DNA from: Psychrobacter sp. DM4
Lineage (GTDB): Bacteria; Pseudomonadota; Gammaproteobacteria; Pseudomonadales; Moraxellaceae
Direction of reading: 5' to 3'
Length of the DNA: 32,000 bases
Assembly: GCF_051307035.1 (NCBI RefSeq)
Contig: NZ_CP195536.1
Coordinates: 330,001-362,000 of the forward strand
Position 1 is the first letter of the stretch, and every line of letters starts with the position of its first letter. Of this stretch, positions 1 through 8,668 are shown one piece after another. A program made the position numbers and the translations under genes. The notes beneath the pieces were generated by a model. The model worked only from the letters and a program-made list of their open reading frames with translations, was not told the origin of the DNA and did not search any database.

Positions 1-2
1 CT

Positions 3-968
3 ATGACTCAATCGACGTCCGAATCAAATAATGATAGTCAGCAAAGCGCCTTGGTCTCTCATACCTTGGTACATGACCGTCATAGTGCTACTCAGAATAG
101 TTCAGTAGACAAGACGGCGCTGCTTGCTTTGTTTATCACTGATACAACTATAGATACTCAATTAAATGATTCAGAGCTGGCATCTAGTGTGGTGGATCAG
201 CGCCTAGCGCTATATCATACTCAGCACCAGCGCACGCAGCAGCTTTATACGGTCGCCGCTAGCACGCGACCGACGTACTTGGTACAGACCCTAAAAACCC
301 AATTCGCCGAGTACCAGCACTATCTACTGGCACAAAATCTCGATAAACGCGGCCTTATTGACACTCAGCCTTTAGAGCGACTTTGGCAACAATTACACGT
401 GGTTGATGATATCGTTGCCGATATCGTGCGCCATATGCCCGCCCAGCAGCCAGCAGGGTGGCAGCTTACCTCTCAAGACGGTCAAAACCCGCTACGCCTG
501 CCAACTATCGGCAAGCTCAAAAGCTCTAAACCGATAGCAGACAAAGCCAGTTTGAATAACTATGTACTGAGTCACTTTGGCGTGAGTAGCTTCACTTATG
601 ATCGCGGCTATTATATCGGTCACGTGGTCGGCTATTTATTTAGCTGTTACTTTTGCGCGCATTTATCAGTCAGCTATAATGTCACCGCCCTTAGTGAACA
701 AGCAGTGAGTGCCTACGAGTACGCTAGTCTTGAGACGCCCCATATGGTCAGACTATTACAAGGATTGGATGGCTACTGTAAAAAGCGAATTTATCAGCTG
801 GCAGTCATCTGTGCGCGCTTGAGCGTTTATGCGACAGACAAACGCATCGAAAAAATGCTTATCGCAGAGGTCAATGACTTCGACAAAAAATTGCAACAGC
901 AGCACTTGGATGTGTTGCTGCTTCAGGGCATGATGCCTGAGAGCAATGACTCAACGCCCTTATTCTAG
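3..968 (+). CDS. hypothetical protein, no family recognised; 5' end cannot be verified at the window edge
   Basis: ATG at nt 3 with only 2 nt of upstream sequence. 321 codons. The N-terminus is S/N/Q/T-rich and the C-terminal half has 4 Cys including SCYFC (C-x2-C). The stop lies 51 nt before gspF with no hairpin between, so co-transcription is plausible. Confidence 0.55.
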   Translation: MTQSTSESNNDSQQSALVSHTLVHDRHSATQNSSVDKTALLALFITDTTIDTQLNDSELASSVVDQRLALYHTQHQRTQQLYTVAASTRPTYLVQTLKTQFAEYQHYLLAQNLDKRGLIDTQPLERLWQQLHVVDDIVADIVRHMPAQQPAGWQLTSQDGQNPLRLPTIGKLKSSKPIADKASLNNYVLSHFGVSSFTYDRGYYIGHVVGYLFSCYFCAHLSVSYNVTALSEQAVSAYEYASLETPHMVRLLQGLDGYCKKRIYQLAVICARLSVYATDKRIEKMLIAEVNDFDKKLQQQHLDVLLLQGMMPESNDSTPLF

Positions 969-1019
969 ATCATTTGTACTAATCCCATTCCACTGCCGCT
1001 CTTTTAGGATATTGCTGTT

Positions 1020-2222
1020 ATGCCCGCTTATCATTATAAGGCGCTTGATGACCACGGCAGTATGAAGAAAGGACTGCTAGAGGGTGATTCTGCGCGGCAA
1101 GTCCGTCAGCAACTACGTGACAAAGCATGGACACCTGTCGAAGTCAACGCCGTCAATGATAGACAAAGTCAAAACAAAAGCCGCTACAAAAAACCTTCTG
1201 CTTATGAGCTTGCACTCCTTACCCGCCAGCTGTCAGTATTGCTTGCCGCTGGTATTCCGCTGGAAGAAACCCTAGCCGCTGTCGCAAAGCAATCGCCAAA
1301 AACTCATATCAAATCCTTGATGCTAGCCGTGCGCTCTCATGTCTTAGAAGGTCTGAGCCTTGCGCGTGCACTACAGCAAGCGGCCAGTTTTCCGCCTTTA
1401 TATATTGCGACTATCGCAGCAGGCGAGAAGTCCGGTCATCTAGATCTTATTCTGAATCAGTTGGCGGATTACACCGAAAACCGCTTTGCTCTACAGAAGA
1501 AAATCCAAGGCGCTATGGTCTATCCTATCGTGCTGATGGTCATGGCGGTTGCCGTTATTATGGGACTTATGAGCTTTGTTGTGCCCAAAATTGTCAAGGT
1601 ATTTGAGCAATCAGAGCAGGCACTGCCCCTTATTACTCAAGTCGTGCTGACGCTATCTAATGCTATTACCCAGTGGTGGTGGCTGATACTGCTAGTGATA
1701 GCGAGCGTGTCGTTTTTGTTTTACCGTTTTGCGCAGACGCAAGCGGGCAAACTGACTATAGATAGCGTAGTGCTCAGATTGCCAATTTTGGCGCGGTTAT
1801 CTAAAGGGTTAAACGCGGCGCGATTTGCCAGCACTTTAGCGATACTGGTGCGCTCAGGGGTGCCGCTGATTGAGGCGCTACATATTGGCGCGGCGGTTGC
1901 CACCAACTTACATATCCAGCAAACCATTATCACGGCTGCCGATCGAGTAACAGAAGGCGCAAGCCTCTCAAGTCAGCTAGAAAAATCTGCGTATTTTCCA
2001 CCCATGATGGTACAAATGATCAAAAGTGGAGAGAATTCAGGCGAGCTTGAAAACATGCTCAGCCGCGCGGCGAACATGCAAGAGGCGGAAGCAACCAATT
2101 TTATCAGCACTTTATTGTCGTTGCTCGAACCGTTGATGCTCGTTTTTATGGGTGTCATCGTGATGATTATCGTTATGGCGGTGATGTTACCCATCGTCAA
2201 TATGAATGATTTAGCAGGCTAG
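1020..2222 (+). CDS. gspF: type II secretion system inner-membrane platform protein GspF
   Basis: 400 aa. The N-terminus YHYKALDDHGSMKKGLLEGDSARQVRQQLRDKAWTPVEV is the characteristic GspF signature. Two T2SS-F repeats and hydrophobic segments sit at typical positions (MVYPIVLMVMAVAVIMGL, WWWLILLVIASVSF, LLEPLMLVFMGVIVMIIV). Confidence 0.94.
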   Translation: MPAYHYKALDDHGSMKKGLLEGDSARQVRQQLRDKAWTPVEVNAVNDRQSQNKSRYKKPSAYELALLTRQLSVLLAAGIPLEETLAAVAKQSPKTHIKSLMLAVRSHVLEGLSLARALQQAASFPPLYIATIAAGEKSGHLDLILNQLADYTENRFALQKKIQGAMVYPIVLMVMAVAVIMGLMSFVVPKIVKVFEQSEQALPLITQVVLTLSNAITQWWWLILLVIASVSFLFYRFAQTQAGKLTIDSVVLRLPILARLSKGLNAARFASTLAILVRSGVPLIEALHIGAAVATNLHIQQTIITAADRVTEGASLSSQLEKSAYFPPMMVQMIKSGENSGELENMLSRAANMQEAEATNFISTLLSLLEPLMLVFMGVIVMIIVMAVMLPIVNMNDLAG

Positions 2223-2601
2223 GGTATGTTCTCATCTTGAATAAACGAACGGTATTGATATAAAAATGCCTCTAGTTTGCCTGTTAAGTTTTACCGTTAA
2301 TATTGAATCTCCCACCTAATCCTATCCAAGGTTTCGCAAGTTTTGCTCGTTGTTGTCTATTGATAGTGACTGGTGCCGTAAGCGAGGTCGATGAGCTATA
2401 GTAGACGGCTGGCGCTGTTATATTTAAGAGAGTCGATAAGCGACAGTTTGTTAGGATAATTTGTTTGCCTAAATAAATAATTGTACTATAGTGACATTAA
2501 TTTAAACCTAATATTTAAGATGCAAAGAATTAGAGTTAAAGGTCTAAACGCTATTTTACTTTTTTAGATCTAAAAATTAATAATTAAAAAATAATTAAGC
2601 A

Positions 2602-3135
2602 ATGACTATAACTGAGAGCATATCAATGGAAGATACTTTACAAACGACTAAAACGCACAATACCGTTACAGAGCCGTTCAATAGCAGTAATTTTTATCAA
2701 TCAAAAGTCAAGGCGGTAACCGCTCATCAATCAGGCTTTACCTTGATCGAAATTATGGTCGTCATCGTCATTCTTGCTATTTTGGCAGGCTTGGTCGTGC
2801 CACGGGTCGTTGGACAAAGCGATAAAGCTCGCGTTAAGACTACAGAAACGGCGCTGGCCACCGTGTCGAACGCTCTTGATATGTACAAGGTCGATAATTC
2901 TCGTTATCCGACTACGGCACAAGGCTTAGATGCGCTTACAACGCCGCCTGCCGACGCCAAAAACTATCCAGAAGGCGGCTACATAAAAGGCGGCTATCCA
3001 ACCGATGGTTGGGAGAATGAGATGCAGTATGTTGCACCAGGTAGTGAGAGTCGACCCTATGATCTGTTCTCGTTAGGAGGCGATGGTCAACAAGGCGGTG
3101 AAGACTTGAATGCTGATATCTACGCGCAGCTATAG
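2602..3135 (+). CDS. gspG: type II secretion major pseudopilin GspG with an unusually long leader
   Basis: Prepilin motif QSG/FTLIEIMVVIVILAILAGLVVP, followed by the GspG core (KARVKTTETALATVSNALDMYKVDN..YPTT.QGLDAL, GGYP.DGW....QY..PG......DLFSLGGDGQ.GGE..NADI). The only in-frame ATGs upstream of the cleavage site are 2602 and 2626. Confidence 0.9.
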   Translation: MTITESISMEDTLQTTKTHNTVTEPFNSSNFYQSKVKAVTAHQSGFTLIEIMVVIVILAILAGLVVPRVVGQSDKARVKTTETALATVSNALDMYKVDNSRYPTTAQGLDALTTPPADAKNYPEGGYIKGGYPTDGWENEMQYVAPGSESRPYDLFSLGGDGQQGGEDLNADIYAQL

Positions 3136-3209
3136 TGATAACCGTTCTACGAAGTTGGTGAAATAGACAAATCTGTCATACACACTATCGATATTTATAG
3201 CCATCACGT

Positions 3210-3246
3210 ATCAATCAATAAGGTTTTATTGGTTGATATTTTTTAT
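3210..3246 (+). terminator. rho-independent terminator after gspG
   Basis: 12-bp stem ATCAATCAATAA / TTATTGGTTGAT (one G-U pair), GGTT loop, then ATTTTTTAT. The stem is AT-rich, so it is only moderately stable. Confidence 0.5.
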
Positions 3247-3307
3247 CTTTAAATCCTATTTATAACAACAATAAAAGTTCGGATGGTAAAGGTCTAATCA
3301 AAGGTCA

Positions 3308-5530
3308 ATGTTTATGTCAGTAGAGATTAAAATGCTCAAAAAAATATCTGCTAAAAAGTCTTATGCATTTGCCATTGTCCTAGCCAGCAGCTCAATAATG
3401 GGCGGTATTGCTGTGACCTCAGTACCGACCCAAGCTGCAAGTTTAGGTGATCTATTCGGCAATAAGAGCGCCGCGCAAAGCAAATTTTTGCCAGTCAATG
3501 AGGCGTTTGAAGTCACTAGTAGTAGCAAGCCTATTGATAGTAAGGCGACTGGTACAGGTACTCGCTTAGCGATCAACTTTGATATTACCCCTGAGCACTA
3601 TGTCTATAAAGACCAGATCAAGCTGACACTGCCTACAGGCGTAAAGGCTGCTCCTTTTACCTATAGCCAAGCGTCAAAATCTATCGACGATCCTACCTTT
3701 GGGCAAGTGCCGATATTTGATCAAAGCAATATGGTAGCGACAACGACGCTCACGAATACTACGGGTAATAGTATAGATGAGGCAAAAATAGTAATTGGCT
3801 GGCAAGGCTGCGCCAAAGCGGGTCTGTGCTATCCACCAGAAAAAATCAATACTACAGTGAGCATCGCTGCTACGCCGCAAAATTCGACGCCTAAGCCAGC
3901 AGCCAGTGCGGACACCAAAGCCACTACAGACAAAGAGGTAGCTACTAATACTGATACCAATGCCGCCGCTACGCCAGCCGTCAAAAACACACAAGCTAAG
4001 ACTGTAGCAGCGCTAACTAATAATATCCAACAAAGCAATACGAGCACTAATGCGGCTATAGATAGGACTACAGCTGAAACAGGAGAGACTGCTAACGATG
4101 AAACGGTTTTTGCTGATGGGCAGGTAATTACAGACGAAAATGAATTATCAGACAGTACCGCAGAGCCGATTAACCCTAATGCTATGAGCACAACTTTAGT
4201 CTCAGATAGCAGTACTATCGGCGCTAGTTCAGAAAGTATAAATAATGCGGCTACTGATAATCTTGTCGATAGTGACCCATTTGGTCTAGCAACGCATCCT
4301 TGGTTAGCACTGTTGCTATTATTTTTGGCAGGACTCGGTCTAGCACTGACGCCTTGCGTATTGCCGATGTTACCTATCGTCGCTAACATCGTGGGTCGTC
4401 AAGAGAATCCAACGGTCAAAAAAGGTGTGGTTTTGACGACCAGCTATGCCATTGGGGTCGCGACCGCTTACGGAATACTCGGTGCTGTGATCGCCATCTT
4501 CGGTGAATCACTTGGCATCATAGGTTGGCTACAGAACCCTATTATTTTGATTGGCTTTGCTATCGTATTTATACTTCTAGCGCTCTATATGCTCGGCGTA
4601 TTTACTACTCGTCTGCCGCAAGTTATCAGTAGTAAAATGCAAGGTTTAAGCCAAGCAGGTGATAGTAAACTGGGTAGCACAGGTGGCAGCTTGGTTGCAG
4701 GGTTCTTGTCCGCACTTGTGGTATCCCCTTGTGTGTCAGCGCCATTATTCGGCGCGCTCCTTGCCGTTTCTACGATTGGTAGTCCATGGCTTGGATTTGC
4801 AGCGTTATTTATGCTGGGTTTTGGTCTCTCAGCGCCGCTTATCCTTATTGGTGCCACCCAAGGCAAAATCATGCCAAAAGCAGGCGTGTGGATGGACTGG
4901 ATCAAACAAGGTTTTGCGCTGCTCTTATTTGCGGTGGCATTACTTCTCATTGAGCGCGTGTTTGTCTCATCAGTGATGCTGCTGGTATGGGCACTGTGGT
5001 TTATGGTCGTTGCCATGTGGGCATGGCGCTGGATCGGCCGCGGACGTATGCTAACCCAAGCGCTCGCACTTATCGCAGGTATTTGGGCAGCTTGTTTGAT
5101 TATCGGTGCTGCTTTGGGCAATGACGATAGCTTATATCCGCTGGCTTCTCTAAGCGCTACGTCCACAGTCAATACTAATATTAGTAACAGTAGCACTAAC
5201 GATAGAACTATTACCACATTGGCTCAGTTGGAAGCTATTACTGCCGACAGCCCCAAAGTCATCGTTGATGTAACCGCTGACTGGTGTATTGAATGCCGAA
5301 TCATGGACAAAAATTTATTTCAAAACCGTCCAGCACAGATGCAAGAGTGGCAACTGGTACGTCTAGATATTACGGACACAACAGAGGACTCTAAAGCTAT
5401 CTTGGCGCGTTTCCAGCTCTTTGGCCCACCAGCGCTGCTGTATTATCAAGACGGGCAGCTCATCACTCAGCAAGTGGGTGAGATTGGACGCCAAGAGTTT
5501 GAGAAAACGCTGACAGCATTGAATCAGTAG
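3308..5530 (+). CDS. dsbD: thiol:disulfide interchange protein DsbD
   Basis: All three modules carry their Cys pairs. The N-terminal domain has WQGCAKAGLCYPP, the membrane domain has TPCVLPMLP and SPCVSAPL, and the C-terminal thioredoxin fold has WCIECR. A signal peptide is present. The start could instead be ATG 3314 or 3332. Confidence 0.93.
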   Translation: MFMSVEIKMLKKISAKKSYAFAIVLASSSIMGGIAVTSVPTQAASLGDLFGNKSAAQSKFLPVNEAFEVTSSSKPIDSKATGTGTRLAINFDITPEHYVYKDQIKLTLPTGVKAAPFTYSQASKSIDDPTFGQVPIFDQSNMVATTTLTNTTGNSIDEAKIVIGWQGCAKAGLCYPPEKINTTVSIAATPQNSTPKPAASADTKATTDKEVATNTDTNAAATPAVKNTQAKTVAALTNNIQQSNTSTNAAIDRTTAETGETANDETVFADGQVITDENELSDSTAEPINPNAMSTTLVSDSSTIGASSESINNAATDNLVDSDPFGLATHPWLALLLLFLAGLGLALTPCVLPMLPIVANIVGRQENPTVKKGVVLTTSYAIGVATAYGILGAVIAIFGESLGIIGWLQNPIILIGFAIVFILLALYMLGVFTTRLPQVISSKMQGLSQAGDSKLGSTGGSLVAGFLSALVVSPCVSAPLFGALLAVSTIGSPWLGFAALFMLGFGLSAPLILIGATQGKIMPKAGVWMDWIKQGFALLLFAVALLLIERVFVSSVMLLVWALWFMVVAMWAWRWIGRGRMLTQALALIAGIWAACLIIGAALGNDDSLYPLASLSATSTVNTNISNSSTNDRTITTLAQLEAITADSPKVIVDVTADWCIECRIMDKNLFQNRPAQMQEWQLVRLDITDTTEDSKAILARFQLFGPPALLYYQDGQLITQQVGEIGRQEFEKTLTALNQ

Positions 5531-5537
5531 TACTAAC

Positions 5538-5575
5538 AAAAAGACCGCGATTATCTCTTAATCGCGGTCCTTTTC
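5538..5575. terminator. bidirectional rho-independent terminator between convergent dsbD and yaiL
   Basis: Perfect 11-bp GC-rich stem GACCGCGATTA (5543-5553) / TAATCGCGGTC (5559-5569). It is flanked by an A-run on the left and CTTTTC on the right. Confidence 0.8.
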
Positions 5576-5610
5576 AATAAGCTTCAAAATAAATCATCGC
5601 CCAATAGCGA

Positions 5611-6144
5611 CTACCACATGAGATCATCTGGAATCACATAAGCTGCATAGGGATCATCTTCGTCGAGCTCGGCATCAGACTTGTCATTTGAGACGACGAT
5701 GAAGCCCTCGAGCTTTGCATTAATACGATCTGCAAGCGGCCGGGGTAGCAGCGCATAACGCTCCTCTAACCGGGCTATTACGACGTGACCTGCGACGATC
5801 TGCTCATAGAGTTTTTGGGTAATATGAATCTTTTTAATCTTAGAGTGGTCAACGAACTGATAATCGACTTCTCCTTGCGTATCCTCGATTTGATGCTGCT
5901 TAATCATCTGTATAATGTTTGCGTTTAGCATTTTATCTTCTAATGCTTTTTGCTTCTCTTGATTAAGTTTTTGATCTTTTTCTACCTTTTTGGCTTGCGC
6001 AGCAGCGAGCGCTTTTTTGGCTTCTATGTTTAAGTCGTCGCCCGTACGTTTGGCGTGATCAGACTGTTTACTTATTTTCTTAGCCTTTTTGCTATCGACT
6101 AATCCTGCTTTTAAGAGCTGCGCTTGAAGGGCGTTTTTGGCCAT
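5611..6144 (-). CDS. yaiL: DUF2058 / YaiL-family protein
   Basis: The N-terminus MAKNALQAQLLKAGLVDSKKAKK and C-terminus DEDDPYAAYVIPDDLMW match the E. coli YaiL pattern as I recall it. I place the start at ATG 6144 (GGTGAG upstream) rather than the ORF-track start at 6189. Confidence 0.85.
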   Translation of the reverse strand: MAKNALQAQLLKAGLVDSKKAKKISKQSDHAKRTGDDLNIEAKKALAAAQAKKVEKDQKLNQEKQKALEDKMLNANIIQMIKQHQIEDTQGEVDYQFVDHSKIKKIHITQKLYEQIVAGHVVIARLEERYALLPRPLADRINAKLEGFIVVSNDKSDAELDEDDPYAAYVIPDDLMW

Positions 6145-6474
6145 AATCTGCTCACCTAAATCATAAATGTTAAAGAGTGATAGTACCAAATTTTGCGACT
6201 ACCTGTCATAAGTGACAGCAAATGGTAGCTGTTTTGTCCTTTTGATGAAGAAGATAAAGTGTCAACTCGTCGGTATTAGTGCTGGTATATCGGCAGCAAT
6301 TTCATTACACTAAAGCAACAATATTAATGCATGACATTAACGCTATCTTGTATATAGTTTTTGTCGCTTGTTAGTAGCTCTAATTTAAGTACTATCTTTT
6401 TTCTTTATACCTTAATTATCATAACCTTCTAATGGTATTACCTTTTAGGTCATCGCCATAACCCAAGGACATCT

Positions 6475-7878
6475 ATGCTTGCTCATTTATTCCCCCGTTA
6501 TAAGCATACTGATCTAAGCGAGCACTATCACATGACACCACAGCGCAGCATACAAACACCGTTGAGTATAGCCATTACCCTAGCTTTGAGCGGCTTTGCT
6601 ATCCAATCTCATGCACAAACTTATAACGAGCTGCCAGCTGCTAATTCGTCAGTTGAGGATCAAAATACGCGCACCTCTTTAGTAAGTGATGAGGTGTTAG
6701 ACAGCTCAAATGCGCCTACTAGTCGTAAAGCACTGGTAGCGAATCAGGCCCAACTCTTCCTTGAGTGCCAAGATTTGGATCTGAGTGCCGCACGTTTGGC
6801 CTGTTATGACAAAGTCGCTTTGCAAGGCAAAACGCCTACTTATACGACGACCAAACAGCCTGTTGACATCGCAAAAACATTTAAATCAACACTGTCAGGC
6901 AATCCAAAAGTAGTGCTGGCAGAGGACAACGTCGCAAGTACGATTGATACCGACTCCTCAGTGTCTGATGAGTCTTTAGATACTGTTGGGCTGACCCAAA
7001 GTGAGGTTCAAGTATTAGAGGATGTAGGGGTTACCCAAAATGATATCGAAAAATACAGCCCGCTAAGCCTCGCTTATGATTTGGATCAAAATAGCGAGCG
7101 CGGTACTTGGACTGTACGACCTTATCGTCCTAATTATGTCTTGCCACTGTTTTATAGCTTTGATCCCAACCTGAATCCAACCTCTAGTAACCCAGATGAG
7201 CCAGGGCAAAAGTTCACCTCAAACGATACACGTAACACTGAGCTGAAGTTCCAGTTATCGCTCAAGAGTAAAGTAGGCGAGGATCTGTTCGATACCAATG
7301 CAGATCTATGGTTTGGTTACACGCAGCAAGCACATTGGCAGGTATATAACGAAGATAACTCTAGACCGTTTCGCGGTACTGACTATCAACCAGAGATTTT
7401 CTTGACTCAGCCTGTGACCGCTGATCTACCTTTTGGTGGACGTCTACGGATGCTAGGTACAGGAGTTGTACATCACTCAAATGGGCGCTCTGATCCGATC
7501 TCGCGCTCATGGAACCGCGCTTATCTTATGGCTGGTGCTGAATGGGGCAAGTTCTCTATCGTACCACGCGTCTGGGTACGTATAAATAATGAGGATGACT
7601 CAAGTGAAGATAATCCAGATATCGAAGACTATCTAGGTTATGGTGACATCAAATTCTTATATGATCTGCCAAAAGAGCAAAGCCTCAGCGGTACGTTACG
7701 CTACAACCCAAGTACCAACAAGGGCGCGGCGCAAATCGACTATATCTATCCGCTATCAGAGAACGTCAATGGTTATGTGCAGCTGTTCCAAGGGTATGGC
7801 GAATCGATTATCGACTATGACTACGAGAATACCGCAATTGGTTTTGGTATCGTACTCAATGATTGGAAAGGGTTCTAA
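6475..7878 (+). CDS. pldA: outer-membrane phospholipase A (OMPLA) with a long N-terminal extension
   Basis: OMPLA core motifs are present: YRPNYVLPLFYS, GYTQQAHWQVYN, YQPEIF and the catalytic HHSNGRSDPISRSWNR (H-x-S-N-G). The signal-like segment is LSIAITLALSGFAIQSHA. An AGGA SD lies 5 nt before ATG 6475, and ATG 6532 is an alternative start. Confidence 0.9.
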   Translation: MLAHLFPRYKHTDLSEHYHMTPQRSIQTPLSIAITLALSGFAIQSHAQTYNELPAANSSVEDQNTRTSLVSDEVLDSSNAPTSRKALVANQAQLFLECQDLDLSAARLACYDKVALQGKTPTYTTTKQPVDIAKTFKSTLSGNPKVVLAEDNVASTIDTDSSVSDESLDTVGLTQSEVQVLEDVGVTQNDIEKYSPLSLAYDLDQNSERGTWTVRPYRPNYVLPLFYSFDPNLNPTSSNPDEPGQKFTSNDTRNTELKFQLSLKSKVGEDLFDTNADLWFGYTQQAHWQVYNEDNSRPFRGTDYQPEIFLTQPVTADLPFGGRLRMLGTGVVHHSNGRSDPISRSWNRAYLMAGAEWGKFSIVPRVWVRINNEDDSSEDNPDIEDYLGYGDIKFLYDLPKEQSLSGTLRYNPSTNKGAAQIDYIYPLSENVNGYVQLFQGYGESIIDYDYENTAIGFGIVLNDWKGF

Positions 7879-7906
7879 AACGGGTGATTAAAGCAAAGAG
7901 CGTTCT

Positions 7907-8668
7907 ATGCGCGCGTTAGCCCCTTATCAAAGTGGCTTGTGGCTGGCAGAGTATCTGAGTATACGCTGTCAGCTATGCCGTATATATCGTAGCTCCTCAC
8001 AACACCATCTTACCAATAATATCCCAAATCTAAAAAAAGCCAGTAAGCGTCTTGGTAGGGGTCTACTATGCACGCACTGTCATCATAGTATCACTTGGCT
8101 ACCAAACCCTTTTTTGGTAGATATCGCGCCCAATATTACGCTCCCTATTCAGGCGGCGACCTATTACGACTATCCTATTCGTCAAGCCATTCGTGCTTTT
8201 AAGCATCATGAGGACATGACGAAACTTGCTATTCTTGTCCATGCTTTACGTCAACTCCCACGCCCAAAAGGCTGTCACAATACCAATAGCGTCATCGTAC
8301 CTATGCCGACCACGAATCCGCGGCTCGTCAAACGCGGTTTTGATCCTGTCAGTATCTTATCTACTCAATTGTCCAAGCACTGGAATATACCGTTATGGCA
8401 AGGCGTTGAGCGTATCGATGATACCAATACCCAGCAAGGACTCACGCGTAGCGAGCGTCTAAGTAATCTAGACAACGCTTTTGCATTAACTCAGATGCCG
8501 CCAGTCAAACGTCTAATACTATTCGATGATGTCGCAACGACAGGGGCAAGCTTACAGGCACTTGGGCGCACGATACATGAGCAAGTGTCTCATTTTTATA
8601 CCTCAGCATTACCCTCTGCTAATAATTATGAGCTATCAGCCTATGCCTTAGCGCATGGCAGTCAATAA
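7907..8668 (+). CDS. comF: ComF-family competence protein (phosphoribosyltransferase fold, ComFC/GntX type)
   Basis: The N-terminus has Cys pairs CQLC and CTHC (zinc-ribbon-like). The C-terminus has the PRTase motif LILFDDVATTGASL and RSERLSNLDNAF, typical of ComF. Confidence 0.85.
   Translation: MRALAPYQSGLWLAEYLSIRCQLCRIYRSSSQHHLTNNIPNLKKASKRLGRGLLCTHCHHSITWLPNPFLVDIAPNITLPIQAATYYDYPIRQAIRAFKHHEDMTKLAILVHALRQLPRPKGCHNTNSVIVPMPTTNPRLVKRGFDPVSILSTQLSKHWNIPLWQGVERIDDTNTQQGLTRSERLSNLDNAFALTQMPPVKRLILFDDVATTGASLQALGRTIHEQVSHFYTSALPSANNYELSAYALAHGSQ

Noticed and set aside
603-623. R-x5-H (RGYYIGH) in the orphan ORF as a possible HEPN nuclease motif
   Set aside because: This is a single short degenerate motif that arises easily by chance. 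It lacks the usual polar residue after Arg, and no supporting toxin-antitoxin or defence context is present.
3829-5217. Long antisense ORFs inside dsbD (3829-4389, 4585-5217), and similar ones inside gspF, pilY1, mutS and secA
   Set aside because: These are shadow frames opposite strongly supported genes. They have low-complexity or hydrophobic-mirror composition and no independent start signals.
6199-6228. Bulged hairpin CTACC-TGTCA-TAAG-TGACA-(6 nt)-GGTAG upstream of yaiL as a plus-strand terminator
   Set aside because: No plus-strand gene ends upstream of it. It lies in the divergent yaiL/pldA promoter region and is at most a possible operator, which the sequence alone does not support.
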